Assembly (NCBI GenBank): GCA_051362555.1
Contig: CM120643.1
Coordinates: forward strand, 6,882,001 to 6,946,000
Origin: Lingula anatina
Taxonomy: Eukaryota > Animalia > Brachiopoda
Direction: 5' to 3'
Length of the DNA: 64,000 nt
Shown here: piece by piece, positions 1 to 13,294 of the stretch
Position numbering within the stretch: the stretch's first letter is position 1
How the letters are laid out: the number at the start of each line of letters is the position of its first letter
Made by a program: the position numbers and the translations under genes
Notes under the pieces: model-generated
The model's input: only the letters and a program-made list of their open reading frames with translations
Database searches by the model: none
Told to the model about the DNA's origin: nothing

Positions 1-395
1 GAGTGAAATTTACAGATATTACTATTCTTTTACAACCTTTGGATTTATATTACTGTGAATGGAGTGTTAGTGATATGCATATACTGATATTACAATGTAC
101 TACCAGGTGCTTTGTGCTTTCTTGTTGGGAAATGTTGTATGAAAATACAACATTTCCCAACAAGAAAGCACAAAGCACAGTCCTTACTATTTAATGTTTG
201 GCACATAAGTAAATGATAAAGTAGACCCCATTTTAAAGTAACATCAAGTAAACTATTGTCCTCACTCTCTGAAATACAAGTGGTGTTTAATTCTGAATAC
301 TAAGTCCCATATTATAATATTGCCCTATTGAAATGGTCCGTATGATAATCATGTTTTTGGTTGGTTTTGATGCGGATTTCATTTTGAATTGTCAG

Positions 396-1284
396 GTGGG
401 GAGCACCAGAAAGGCTCCTTTCAGACCAAGGAAGAGAGTTTGTGGCTGAAATAAATACAGAGGTTTGCCGCTCCCTCAGCATAGAGAGGTCTGTGACAAG
501 TGCTTATCATCCTCAGACCAATGGTCTGCATGAGAGGACAAACCAGACACTGAAGACTCCATTGAGCAAGCTCATTAATGAACACCAGAACGACTGGGAT
601 TCTTATTTGGAGGATGTGGCGTATTCAATCAGGACACAAAAGCAAGCGTCCACAAAGATCACTCCTTTTTTTCTAATGTTTGGGAGGCACCCTAGGTCTC
701 TGAGAGAGGTAATTCTAGATTTAAAATTTTAATGATTGAGTAGACAACATGAATTTTGGAACATTTTTATTATTATTTTCTGACATCTCAGTAATAGGTT
801 TGTTACATCACTGAAACTGTGTTTGAAAAGCAGTCTATGTGTAACCAAAATGTGTATTAGATATGATATGCTTTGGTCTTGGCATTTATATCAAACATAT
901 TTAATCTTTTAAATCATGCAGACCTCTTTTAGATTATCAGCTTTTTCTATATACGCTTAAATGGCCGCACTACAAATATTTTATTTACCTACCTATTTTT
1001 TCATTCTTCTGATTATTTTACTTAACAGGCTGGCTGCTAGTCATGCTACTGATCTTGTCTTTACCTTAAATGAAGTAGGAAGCATGAAACATCCCGTGTT
1101 CAAGCTCCCGTGTTAAAAAAAAATAACATGATGAATTTTAAAGAGGTTTTCTAATTTCAATTGTGATTTCCATTTTTAGATGAATGCCAAAGATGGTGGA
1201 AGTATTAAAGCCATTTCTGTAAAAGATGAAGTTCTAGACGACATGGTCAACCATAGAGAGGCACTGCTAGATGTCACCAAGAAA
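396..1284 (+). mobile_element. Ginger/GIN-type (Gypsy-like) DDE integrase, intron-containing fragment
   Basis: Exon 396-708 (tcag| ... GAG|gtaatt) reads WGAPERLLSDQGREFVAEIN...TSAYHPQTNGLHERTNQTLK...WD...VAYSIRT...TPFFLMFGRHPR, the integrase core with the second D and the E. Phase-0 exon 1180-1284 plausibly continues it. Introns and absence of RT favour Ginger over an LTR element. Confidence 0.8.
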
Positions 1285-1392
1285 GTTTACAAAGTTCATC
1301 TAGTTAATTTACATTACAGCTACATGCAATCATTTAATTGAAATCATGTATGAGGGTAAGACATTTAATTATATTAAATTATGATATTTTAG

Positions 1393-2215
1393 GCACAAAG
1401 AAAAACTGCAGGACCTAACATGGAGAGAGGTGTTTGCCATGTGCAGGAAAGATTATAGTAAGGCTTTGGCAATTATTGAACTGGTCCTCAGTCTACCAGC
1501 CAGTAGTACAGAGAATGAGAGGGCATTCAACAGAATGAAGCTGATCAAAACAGCCCACAGGTCAAACTTATCCACCAGCTCGCTGGACAGTTTGATGACA
1601 GTACATCTGTTATCCAAACCTATAAGGCAGTTCAATCCTGATGCAGCAATTGATGATTGGTTTTCTGCAACCAGCAGGCATCCTACATTCAGGGATGGCT
1701 TAACTAAGAAAAGCAGAAAATTGCAGGCCATTGCTATCTCTAGTACCAGTCAGGAACATGAAATTGATGCAGTTATAGAGAATGATGAAGAAAATTTTAT
1801 TAATCCCAATGAATTGGATGATGAGGATGATGATGATGATGATGATGAAGGTTTTGTGGATGATGATGATGATGAAATGATGGATGAGGACAAAATTTAT
1901 GAAAAGCTAAAGGAACTAACTGGGGTTTAGTTTTTTTTTTTTTAATGTGAATAAACCTTGATGAATTTTAGAGAATTGGGTTGATTTCAATTCTTTTAAA
2001 TAATTTCAAAATAAAGACATGATTTTATTTGCTTTATTTTACTGGCGCATTTTAATAATAATTTTAAAAAAATGAAATTGCCAAGTATGCTTAAACCATC
2101 CACGCCTTTTTGATTCTTTTGTAATTGAACCAGTGCCCCAAGGCCTGGGACCACTACCTCCAGAGTCCACTGGTCCAAGTGGACCAGTGCTGAAAAATTC
2201 CCATTTCCCTCCCTG
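1393..2215 (+). mobile_element. 3' end of a hAT transposon: last exon with C-terminal dimerisation domain plus right terminus
   Basis: ORF to 1930 contains LVLSLPASSTENERAFNRMKLIKTAHRSNLS (hATC motif) and an acidic tail. The element ends at ...cccatttccctccctg 2215 (reverse complement CAGGGAGGG..., hAT-like) with subterminal ggaccagtg/cactggtcc repeats. Confidence 0.8.
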
Positions 2216-3173
2216 TTGTATATGATAATATGCCTTACAATGACCTTTAGTCACTGACTAAAAATACAACAAAACAGAAGTTGAAAAGGTGATTGTGTAT
2301 GTCTCTTCAAACAAATATAGTGGTTGTCTCTTCAAACAAAAAGTATTTTTAAAAAATTGAATATTAGTACATGTAGCGACCAATGTACCTTAGGGTCCAC
2401 AACTAATTTGATTAAGATTTTTGTATAACAGTTATCATCATATCAAAGTTTTATCTGGCCTTTTTCCTACTTGACACTAAATGACTACATACTAGAGCTA
2501 TATGTATTATTATTTACCATGGCTGCTCATTCAAAATCTGTCCCTTCACTGGATTTCATTTCTCTCCAATCTCTAATTCTATATGCTAGCAAGCAACCAA
2601 AAAAACAGACAGACTAAAAACTTCTTGACATGAAAATCTCATCATCAAGCAATATGCATTTCTGTATGAAACATATGGCAGCTCTTTCCACATCTAATAA
2701 GACGGAGAGGACCAATTTTACTAAAAACGTCTGCCAGAAGTGTAGATTGAACTCACAAGAACAACTGATGTGTAGAGAAAGACTCAACTATATTAAAAAC
2801 TACAAATGATTGGTTGGTTTTATTTTCTTTTAAAAAAGGAAAGCACATTGAACTATCACATGTTTAAAACTGGTGTAACATGTAAATCTGACTCCTTCCC
2901 CCAATGACATCTTGACTCCCAAAGGGGCTGATTGTTTACACTAGAAATGAAATAAGTACCATTTTGACAGGGAAGTTCACATTACACAAGTAGTAAGATG
3001 AATATTTACATAGCTTCCAACATATTTTGGGAGAAGAAAAGATGATAACCATTTTTGTATTATTTAAGCTCCCCAGCAATGGGTTGAGCACTGTTTTTCA
3101 AGTGAATGGATAATTGTACATATATTGCATTCTTACAAAAAAAATTAATAAAGTTTTATTTATCCTTTTCCAG

Positions 3174-3835
3174 CGCACCAATGTACTTGTGAAGGCACCA
3201 TCTACGCTACATCCAAGCCCACTTCCTGACCAGACCTTTGTCCAATTTGGAATGGACTTACTTGGGCCACTGAATAAAACGCCAAGAGGAAACAGGTACA
3301 TTATTGTTTTAACAGACTTCCTGACAAAGTGACCAAAATCAGAAGCAATTTCAAGTAAGAAAGGCTCAGTTATAGCTATATCTATAATGAAAGTTGTGTT
3401 CCGTTATGCTAGTGTCAAGGTGCTAATTCCTGGCCAAGGACTCAAATTCCGTAACCAAGTAAATGAGAGATTATATCAGCAACTTGGCATCAATAATCAT
3501 CATAGAACAGCCTGCCACCCTCAGGCGAATGGACAATGTGAACGCTACAACAGGACTGCCAGCAACTATCTCACAAAGTATGCAAATGCCCATCAAGACA
3601 ACTGGGATGAGTTCATTGACCCATGTCTCCTTGCATACAGAACTACAGACGCCTTTCATTTTGGCATTTGGCAAAGAGGCATCTCTTCTAAATGAAGACA
3701 AATTTCCAATTGGAAACCCCACCTCAGAGGTAACAGAACAAGAAGCCCTTGACAGCCATCAGATATGTTTTCCAAGTTGATTGAAGCCCAAGAGAATATT
3801 TCCAGAGCACAGGTCCATCAAAAGAATGGGTACAA
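3174..3835 (+). pseudogene. Second, decayed Ginger/Gypsy-like integrase fragment
   Basis: QFGMDLLGPLNKTPRGNRYIIVLTDFLTK*PKSEA...TACHPQANGQCERYNRT...QDNWDEFIDPCLLAYRT; in-frame TGA at 3330-3332 where W is expected, second catalytic D lost, frameshift near 3650. Confidence 0.85.
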
Positions 3836-5039
3836 TGCTATATTGATATCTTATATTGATATCTTATATTTTGTACACTTATATTTTATATCTTATTGAT
3901 ATCTTATATTTTGTACACTTTACCCGAATAGCAATCCAATTTCCTTAATATGTGAATTTTAATTTATATACATGTACCAATGGCTGAATAAACTATTTTC
4001 TTAGTTAATCATTAATAGCAATGTGAACTGCATAATGATAAGCTTTCTCCATGAAATGAGCTGTAGATGCAGAAAGGCAAGAGGTCTAAAATTTTGTTGT
4101 ATCAAATATTAGCAGTTAACAATTTATTTAAACATGCTCATTTTCAATGCAGCCAGACATCAACAATAGACGAAATCCAAATAAAAACAACTGTAGATAT
4201 TTATAAGAAATCAATTGTGTTAAATAGTTCATGTTTTCTTACTCTAACAAATCCTATCATTGCTATATTACACTATATACCTTTCATACTTTGGGCTTTA
4301 CAACCTTTGAACCATGAAATCTCAGGCAAGTGAACCTTCTGACTAGCAAACCTTTGTAACAGCTGGGCATTTGCATCATCAAACTATCAGACCAATGAAT
4401 CTTCTGACTACTGTCATGCACCTGACAAACTAACAAAAATTTCATAAATTCACGAAATGACAATATTAAGTAATTAAAATAAATATCAAAATCAAAAACA
4501 ATGACAGACAAAAATAAACAAACATATCTACATTGCTACTTCAAGTTGATATACTCAGGACATACAGTAACTATGGCATCATATCCCAACTACTAAAGAT
4601 AACAAGACAATATCATAAAATAGTCCAATCATGGAATTAAAATTAAAAAAAACAAAAACATGGTTTATCAGTTTTAGGATAAACAACAGATGTGTCACAA
4701 AATGCTGACTATGGCAATGACACTGGACAGACACAGTGATCAGAATATAGACAGACTGAAAGTGTCTGTATATAATAAATATGTCATAAAACTTGCAATT
4801 GCAACTTAATAACCTCACAATAACAGAGATCATCTATAACACATCATATCTGACCTGAAATATATATTCACATTTAAACATTTCACTGATGTCTTGTTCT
4901 CTTCAGTGATGGCTTATTGTCTACCACAATCTCACTGTATATGCTACCTCTACTAGTACTGTAACAGTTTCCATGCATATGGGGAAAATTATTATAACAC
5001 ATCATAAATATCAATTCACTTTTAAACATTTCCATTGTG

Positions 5040-6730
5040 TCTACTTGTCTTCAGTGATAGAGTATTGTCCAACACAATCTCCTTGCTTTATATACCCTGC
5101 CTCTATAGTTTCCATGCATATGGGGAGAAATTGATTCTTTGTGTTACCTGGAACCCACATTTGTTGTGTAATTGTACTGTTCCATATAACTGGCTCCACA
5201 GGATCTGCCATGTTTGGAAGTCTTGTTCTGGGTGGTTCTGGCAGCACTTTCTCTCACTCAGTATAAAATTGACCTCTTGGTCTGCCAGCAGCTCTTTACA
5301 CAATTCCAGAAGTGTATTTCCTAAAACATAAATGAAATGAGTGTAACTGTTTGCAATGCAACTGGATCCTCTCTGTAATATAGTGCAAACTATTGTTAGG
5401 AACCATCTACTGATACATTAGTCATATACAGGATGCTTTTGTAAGATACACAATATCATTTTTGTATCACCATGCAGGATAATCCGATATATATCTTGTC
5501 ATTACTCATATGTAATGTGATAAAATAAAAATATAAGTATTCATTTTATGTGTTTTGTGCACTTAATGACAATAAAACTTAAATTCACATAACAATTAAA
5601 GCAGTAATATATTAATTTTATTCATAATAATCCATAATATTGCTTTCTATATTGAGATCATATAATCATTTTACCTCCAACAAAAATGTAACAATTGGTA
5701 TTTGTGTCTCGATCTACATAAAGAAAAGAGGAGGAGCAAATTACCTTTCTTTACTTGTATAAAACACCAACCACAAACATTTGTAATGTATGCTATCAGC
5801 AAGTCACCTGTTTACAATGGCTGTCCTGTCTCTGGCTGTTCATTCATCCTAAAACTTGCCACATCCTGTGTCTTGCACAACTGGGAGAGATGAAGATGTT
5901 TCTGTTGCTGTCTTTTTATGTCTGCTTCATATAAAATACATTCCCCCCATGTTCAGCCAGGTAAAGTCAGTTCACCTAGAAGACACCATGCTGTATGGAG
6001 ACTGGAGCTGGAAAAAGAGACACTAATGACAACTAATGACAATACAATTGGTACATTACCATTTCTCTAGGTGGCAATTGTGTTGCCCATTTGTGAATTT
6101 AAAAAATATACTGCCAAATGTCCACCTATAATGGCGGACATCACAGTTACGGTGACTGAATTGAGACAAAGGGCAATTAAAATGTCCTTTGGAGACTACT
6201 GGGCACAATTGTGACTGGTACAACTGTCACAACCTTAAACTGATCAAAGTTAAAAAGAACTCTGCCAAATCATCTGGAATTTCGTGAAATTTGCACACAA
6301 ATTGCCTTTACACAATGCACGTAATAATCTGGGATAAGTATATCATCATTTGAATGTGCCTTGTAGAATTACATTTTGTGAGGAGTGACATGAGAGAAGT
6401 GAAAAAAATTATTTAAATTTAAAGGAAGCACAAAATATGATCGATAACTGGTTTGTTGATCTTCATGGGAAGGATAGAAGACAAATTATCTATTGTAACA
6501 CAACTTGTAAAACAAAACCAAGCAATAATTTTGTGCACTACCTGCAAGAAGGTTTTTGTGGCATGGTGATAGGTGACGGTGGGTAATGACCACTGCTCCA
6601 CCTTGGGTCAAATACATCTGTTATGACCAGGTGCCATGGGTCTCACTCACCATGTGCTTCTTTCACACTCGTTCCCATTACCACATCATCCACCAGGTGG
6701 TGGCCCCAGTCAAGATGCGCCTAATCAGCA
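5040..6730 (-). pseudogene. Probable P-element/THAP9-like transposase relic (scattered decayed exons)
   Basis: 5103-5320 reads ELLADQEVNFILSERKCCQNHPEQDF, resembling the P-transposase 'ILSERFCQDPLE.YF' motif. 5830-6005 reads ILYEADIKRQQQKHLHL, in the expected upstream position. Many stops and frameshifts. Confidence 0.4.
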
Positions 6731-6880
6731 GCCATGTATTGGATATAACATTCCTCAGAACCTTAATTTTTTTCTACAACATATTAACTTAAAAATCATT
6801 ATCCTTGAATATTTTGAATCCTGAAGAATTTTCAGTTTTCATATTGTATAAAGTCACATCTTGAGTGCTATATGCTCAAG

Positions 6881-7211
6881 CTTTTCAGGACAGCGATCCG
6901 CCTTCATCCTGATTTAATATAAATTATCTCAGATTACTTTTTTCAGGACAGCAATCCGCCTTCATCCTGATTAAATATAAATTATCTCAGATTACTTTTT
7001 TCAGGACAGCGATCCGCCTTCATCCTGATTTAATATAAATTATCTTAGATTACTTTTTTTCAGGACAGCGATCCGCCTTCATCCTGATTACATCTAGAAA
7101 TTATCTCAGATTACTTTTTTCAGGACAGCGATCCACCTTCATCCTGATTAAATATAAATTATATCAGATTACTTTTTTTCGGGACAGTGATCCGCCTTCA
7201 TTCTGATTACA
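6881..7211. repeat. Minisatellite, ~58-60 bp unit, ~5.5 copies
   Basis: Unit ttttcaggacagcgatccgccttcatcctgatt(t/a)aatataaattatctcagattac repeated in tandem. Confidence 0.95.
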
Positions 7212-7824
7212 TCTTTTTTCCTGCAATGCCACTTTTCACTGTAATAGGCCTATATCACTAAGTTGCAATTCACATGCATCATCTCGTCTTCTTATCTCAT
7301 TTGTGTTTTCTTTTAAATACGAGTCTGCTGGAATTTTCATCACATCATCTGTTGTGTTTACGACATTGTTACACAGTTTGAATTGACTTGCGTCTCTGCG
7401 GATTGTTCTTCTGTCTGTATCTCTTCTGGCAGTAACTTGAGAACCATGTATTTCCATGACGATATAGAAATCGGTTCATATGATAATGGTATGTATGAAA
7501 GTGCTATACGTTCGTATGTCTAAACTGGCAGTGGGCCTGGGCAAAGTCAAACTTGGCAGCTTCCTCATATTCACAGAAATTTGTACTTTCAAAAAATTGC
7601 TAATATGCATTTGATGTTTTGCCATGACTTCATGTAAAAAAAAATCAAACTTAAAATTGTCATCATTTTATATTGGCAATTTAAGCTAAATTTAGAGGGA
7701 CATTTGTTGTGACTTTGCAGCGACCCGACATACTTCAAAATGTGTCACAACACTATATTCAATGCAGGAATGGTGCAGTCCAGATGTAACATTGTAAATA
7801 TATAACTTAAAATGGTACAATCAA

Positions 7825-8970
7825 AGTTAAGTTCATCAAAAGGTAGGTCAAAGGTCAATTTCACAGTAAGATTGCCAGTATATGACTTCCTATTCAAGTT
7901 CAATAGTAACAATGGACCTATCTCTGCCAGGTTAGGAGTTAAAAGAGAAAGAAATTAGCAGAGTTCAGTTCATGGTGAAAAGTAGGTCAAAGGTCAATTT
8001 TAAGCTCACATTTAGATTGCTAGTATATGACTTCCTATTCAACTTCAATAGTAACTTTGGACCTATCTCTGCCAGTTTGGGAGATAAAAGGGAAGCAAAA
8101 TTTGCAAAGTTCAGTTCATGGTGAAAAGTAGGTCAAAGGACAATTTCAAGGTCACGTTAAGATTGCCAGCATATGACTTCCTATTAAAGTTCAATAGTAC
8201 CTATGGACCTATCTCTGCCAGTTTTGGAGATAAAAGGGAAGCAAAATTTGCAAAGATCAGTTCATGGTGAAAAGTAGGTCAAAGGTCAATTTCAAGGTCA
8301 CATTTAGATTGCCAGTGTATGACTTCCTATCAACGTTCAATAGTAACTATGGACCTATCTCTGCCAGATTTGGAGATAAAAGGGCAGCAAAATTTGCAAA
8401 GTTCAGTTCATGGTGAAAAGTAGGTCAAAGGTCAATTTCAAGGTCACATTTGGATTGCCAGTATATGACTTCCTATTCAAGTTCAATAGTAACTATGGAC
8501 CTATCTCTGCCAGTTTTGGAGATAAAAGGGCAGCAAAATTTGCAAAGATTAGTTCATGGTGAAAAGTAGGTCAAAGGTCAATTTCAAGGTCACATTTAGA
8601 TTGCCAGTATATGACTTCCTATTCAAGTTCAATAGTAACTATGGACCTATCTCTGCCAGTTTTGGAGATAAAAGGGAAACAAAATTTGCAAAGTTCAGTT
8701 CATGGTGAAAAGTAGGTCAAAGGTCAATTTCAAGGTCACATTCAGATTGCCAGTATATGACTTCCTATTCAACTTCAATAGTAACTATGGACCTATCTCT
8801 GCCAGTTTTGGAGATAAAAGGGACGCAAAATTTACAAAGTTCAGTTCATGGTGAAAAGTAGGCCAAAGGTCAATTTTAAGGTCACATTTAGATTGCCAGT
8901 ATATGACTTCCTTTTCAACTTCAATAGTAACTATGGACCTATCTCTGCCAGTTTTGGAGATATAAGGGAC
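7825..8970. repeat. Tandem array, 146-bp unit, ~8 copies
   Basis: gtaggtcaaagg recurs at 7982, 8128, 8274, 8420, 8566, 8712, 8858 (exact 146-bp period); diverged first copy at 7843. Confidence 0.97.
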
Positions 8971-9971
8971 TAAATGGTATAATTTTGGAGTTACCATAGT
9001 GTGCCATAAATTTCCTACAGAAAAAAATTAATTAAGATAAAGAAAAGGTCATTTTGGTCAAAATTCTTGAAATGGGAGGTGCTTTGAAGTTCCAGATGTT
9101 CAAATTTGATGAAATAATGTCATTTTTGACCACAAGTTGTCTGCTTTGCCAAGCCCGCACATTTTGCTTTCACCACCAGTATATGACTTTTTGATAAAGC
9201 GTAACTCGAAAACCGTATGGAATACAAAAAAACGGAGACCACTTCCAGTGTTGGGCTTTACATGCTCTACAAAATGCAAAAAAGAATGGGTGTCTAGCAT
9301 TAACGGTTCCCGAATTAGAGACAATTTTCAGTTTTGATATCTTATGGCCGCTACTCCCGTGAAAATGCACCGATTGACCCCAAATTCACGGAGATGAAAG
9401 ATGACCCGAAGGGTAACACTTTCCATTAATATTATTAGTTAAGTCTGTGTGGTGTCTGAATAAGAGCGCAAAAAAAATTTTTTTCGGCAAAAATTTTGTT
9501 TTTTGGAAAATTTTGGCCCGTTTGACCTTGAAATAAAGGTCAAAGGTCAAATCCAAGGGCATATTTGAAATCTACACATATGACTTTTGGAAAGCTGTCT
9601 GTAGAAATTTTTCCCATAATTCCTTCCGTAGGGGAGATAATTAGCATTTAATTTTGCCATTTTTGGACAAGGGTGCATTGCAATGAGTGCCACACCTAGA
9701 CCCCAATACCGACAAAGCCCAAATTTTACGTGGAACGAGTTGAGATTATAGGTGACCTAAATCCAAGAGATGGGTATGGAGGCCCTTACCATCTAGGAGG
9801 AGAAGCGGTAACGGTGACTTGGCGGCGGAGCCGCAGGAGCCGGCGGAGCTGCAGGAGCCGGCGGAGCTGCAGGAGCCGGCGGAGCCGCAGGAGCCGGCGG
9901 AGCCGGCGGAACATACGGGTCGGGACTAAAACCATGAGTACCGCCAGCGCCTACGCTGGTGGTACAATAAT
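7825..9971 (+). mobile_element. Non-autonomous Helentron/HINE-like element (left boundary uncertain)
   Basis: Core tandem array, then an 18-bp microsatellite (ggcggagcygcaggagcc, 9821-9910), then a terminal hairpin gtaccgccagcg-ccta-cgctggtggtac (9938-9965): the HINE layout of core repeats, microsatellite and 3' stem-loop. Confidence 0.6.
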
Positions 9972-10112
9972 GTGATGTTATACTTGGCTACATACTGGGG
10001 TATGTATGAATTCCTAACATGCAAAGCCGTTACTTCACTCCAGTTGGAGGGCTATGGCTAAATAGAGAGTTATAAAGATATCTGATAGGACAAAGTGAAC
10101 ACTGCAAAAATC

Positions 10113-13100
10113 CCCAGACAGCCTCAGTAATCTGGCCCACGTCTGGCCCAGATCTGGCAACGTCTGGCAATATCTGGGCCAGATTTTGCCAGACACTTGC
10201 CAGATCTGGGCCAAGTCTGGCAAAGTCTGGCATTTATGCCACATTTTGCCAGACACTTGCCAGATCTGGGCCAAGTCTGGCAAAGTCTGGCATTTATGCC
10301 ACATTTTGCCAGATGCTGCCCAGACTTGGGCCAGATATGGTACTTTCATTTTCAATTTTTATTTATTTGTTTTTTAATTGACCAGTGAGCTGAATGCATT
10401 GAACTGACGTCATTTGATAAATTTTGATTTAATTTATCTCTCTCTTTTTTCTTCAAAGTCCCCTCATAAGTGTGCTATTTGTTTAATTTGACTTGATATT
10501 TGAATGAATTCACTGTTCTAAAACTTTTTTGAACTACTCGTTCCGCTGTTGTAAGATTCCGCTTTTTATGCTAAGCCGGTCAAGGACCCGGATGTAGCGT
10601 TTCTTAGAGTTGTGGATATGAAAAAAGCACAGGCGTATCAAACTGATACAATTCGTTGAGTGATTTGATTCGTGATGCGATTTATTTCGAAGGCATCAAC
10701 ACTGGCGACGAGGATTAACACTAGTGCAAAACTGTGAGCCAACTTTCTTTGAAAAAATGGAGGAAATTTTCCGAAAAATGTGAAATTACGGAATTCGAAC
10801 CGTACAGAAGTCCGGAGACATTAGGGTCACGCTCGACGCGATGGCTAGACAGTTTTAACCTCTTCGCTGACGGAAAAGATTGATCTTTTCAAAACCAATG
10901 GACGGCATGAATAATGAGCAAAGATAGAAAATTAAAAATACATGACAAAGGAGACGCGCGCTTATGTTGTATTCAGCAGGGACAGGTGTACAACTTACAA
11001 AATATTTTCAGGACTCTCCCAAACACAGGTTAGAAACATGAATATACATAAGACTTTGAATGAAATTGGAACACCAGAAACTGAGTATGATGAAACTGAA
11101 GTCATTTGACAAACCAAGCCAGTCTAAACATTACGAGTTTAGACATGAAAAACGAAGTAGAAACTCCCTGACTGAGAAAACATGGAATGTTGGATCACTT
11201 TGCAAAACTCTGCAAAACTGAAACTATTATTCATGTAAATGACAGCTTTGAACATGATAATCCAGGAGTGCATATACATTTGGTGTGGGAACCAATGCAC
11301 AGAAGCCATGGAGGAAATAGAGGAGGTGTTAATCTCAGTGTATTACCAGATTCAGGTGCATATTGTAAAATCATTGATGAAAATACAAGGAGAATGCTGA
11401 AATCCAAGAAAAATAAATGTGGCTCTTGTGGAGGACCAGAAAACAAACAGTATTATTCATACACGTCTGAGAAACCTTTAAAAGTGAAGGGAACATTTGA
11501 ATGTGACGTAAAGGCAAGCAAAGGAAGAGACCAGTAGTAGTGAAAGGACATGGGATTTGATATGAGTTGATTAGTTTTGAGAATTTTCAGTGTGGTTTAA
11601 GGAATAAAAGTTGGAGTTCATATGCTATTCTGCAAATGTTTGAAAAGACATTTTAAAGACTGAACTGTCAATTAACATGTTTTGAAAGGACCGTTTCTCT
11701 CCAAGAAAGGAAGGGATGTTGTGTTTTGACTTGACATTTGAATGAACTTTTGTTAACTTGGTAGAATTACTTGTTCCATTGTTGATTCCTTTAATAATTA
11801 TAAGCTTGTCAAGGAGGCGGGTGTATCATTTCTTAGTGTTATGGATTTGAAAAAAGCGCAAGCATTGCAAACTGGTTCAATTCATTGAGTGATTTGATTC
11901 GTGATGTGATTTAATTCAAAAGCATTGATACTGGAGTTTGTTTTTGTGCACATGTAATTCTCTTTTAATTGTACATCTATATCTGTGCTGGAGTATACAT
12001 ATTTTTTTTTTCAGAATTTACATGTATGTACAGTACTGTAGCCAGCATGCAAGTTGAATTGAAACAGTTACTGCATGGTTATTTATAATTTTGTTATAAC
12101 TCTCCATCATCTAAAAAAGAATGTTTTTTCATTCATTATTCAAGATTTATTCATTACAAAACTATATTCATTAGTGATTATTATTATTAATGATATGTTT
12201 GAATTAGTTTAAAAATGACAATGTATAATATTATTTAGGTTGAGGTGTGCAAAAATATTTCCCCCTCAAATCCCTCCCCCCCCCCATGTACATGCATAAT
12301 TAATTACAATTTTTGTAATTTGTGTTAATTCAGATTCGATGAGCAGCTTTGTGTTGAAAAAAAAATTGTTGTTATAACTGTTTTCTTTACATGTATGTAA
12401 GTGACATTTCCTCCTGTTAAGTGTCTGTATATTTGCCTTTTTGCAGTGTAGTTTTTTTTTTTTTTTTCCAAACATACAAATTGTTTTGTACAAAAAGACA
12501 AGGAGTGGCCCTTAATTTGTTGCATGTTAGTTGCCAGCAAGGTTATATAATGTGTAATAATTTTGTTTAGGGTTTTAGCACAGAATAAATACTTGAATCT
12601 TGTATGTCTTTTTTTATAGTTATCTTATTGAATAATTAAAAATAATTAAAAAAAAGAAAAAAAAAAAAAAAACAATCTGGGCCATATGTGGTCCATGTCC
12701 GGCCCTAATCTGGCCCACATCCGGCATGCCATACCTTTGCCATATATTGCCAGATCTGGGCCGACATCTGGCCACATGAGCAAATGTGAAATAATAAAAA
12801 AAAACAATCTGGGCCATATGTGGTCCACGTCTGGCCCTAATCTGGCCCATTTGAATATGATCTGGCCCACATCTGGTCCACATCTGGCATGCCATACCTT
12901 TGCCAGATATTGCCAGATCTGGGCCGACATCTGGCCACATGAGCAAATGTGGACTGGGCCAGATGTGGCAATGTCTGGGCCAGATCTGGCCCAAACATTG
13001 CCACATCTGGCCCACATGTGGCAAGCCATACGTGGGCCATACCTTTTGCCAGACATTGCCAGACGTTGCCAGATCTGGGCCAGACGTGGGCCAGATCACT

Positions 13101-13113
13101 GAGGCTGTCTGGG
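10113..13113. mobile_element. Non-autonomous EnSpm/CACTA (CMC) DNA transposon
   Basis: ~60-bp TIRs CCCAGACAGCCTCAGT.ATCTGGCCCACGTCTGG... at 10113 and inverted ending 13113; 2-bp TSD TC (10111-10112 / 13114-13115); dense short subterminal repeats (10130-10340, 12675-13100). Confidence 0.9.
10480..11930 (+). mobile_element. Internally deleted Gypsy LTR retrotransposon relic nested in the EnSpm element
   Basis: 5' LTR ~10480-10701, PBS TGGCGACGAGG 10703-10713, gag remnants (PETLGSRSTRWLDSFNLFADGK; RRALMLYSAG), protease VLPDSGAYCKIIDE in ORF 11187-11537, PPT aagaaaggaaggga 11703-11716, 3' LTR 11717-11930. Confidence 0.85.
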
Positions 13114-13294
13114 TCCCCACAAATAACTTTTTAGACAACATATAGAAACCCTATATAGAAACTTTTTACGTTTTACCTCAAATATTTCCAGGAATCCAGA
13201 TCTACTGAATAACACTTATAACACTCCCTTTATCTATCCTCTAGCTCTTGTATCTGCAGCTCTCTTTCTCTCTCTCCTCTCTCTCTCTCTCTCT

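Noticed and set aside
396-1930. Ginger integrase-hAT fusion gene
   Set aside because: The Ginger exon ends in phase 0 at 1284 and the hAT exon at 1393 needs phase 2; adjacent truncated elements are more likely.
9730-9975. Arg/Ser-rich protamine-like ORF (RRSRRSRRSCRS...)
   Set aside because: It is the translation of an 18-bp microsatellite next to a Helentron-type hairpin and starts at GTG.
10100-12448. Second CACTG-ended element (cactgcaaaaa ... tttttgcagtg)
   Set aside because: The putative right end lies inside the EnSpm element and the match is only 11 bp.
10030-13145. Overlapping ORFs with WARSGPD/CQTLPD repeats
   Set aside because: Translations of EnSpm subterminal repeats, open on both strands.
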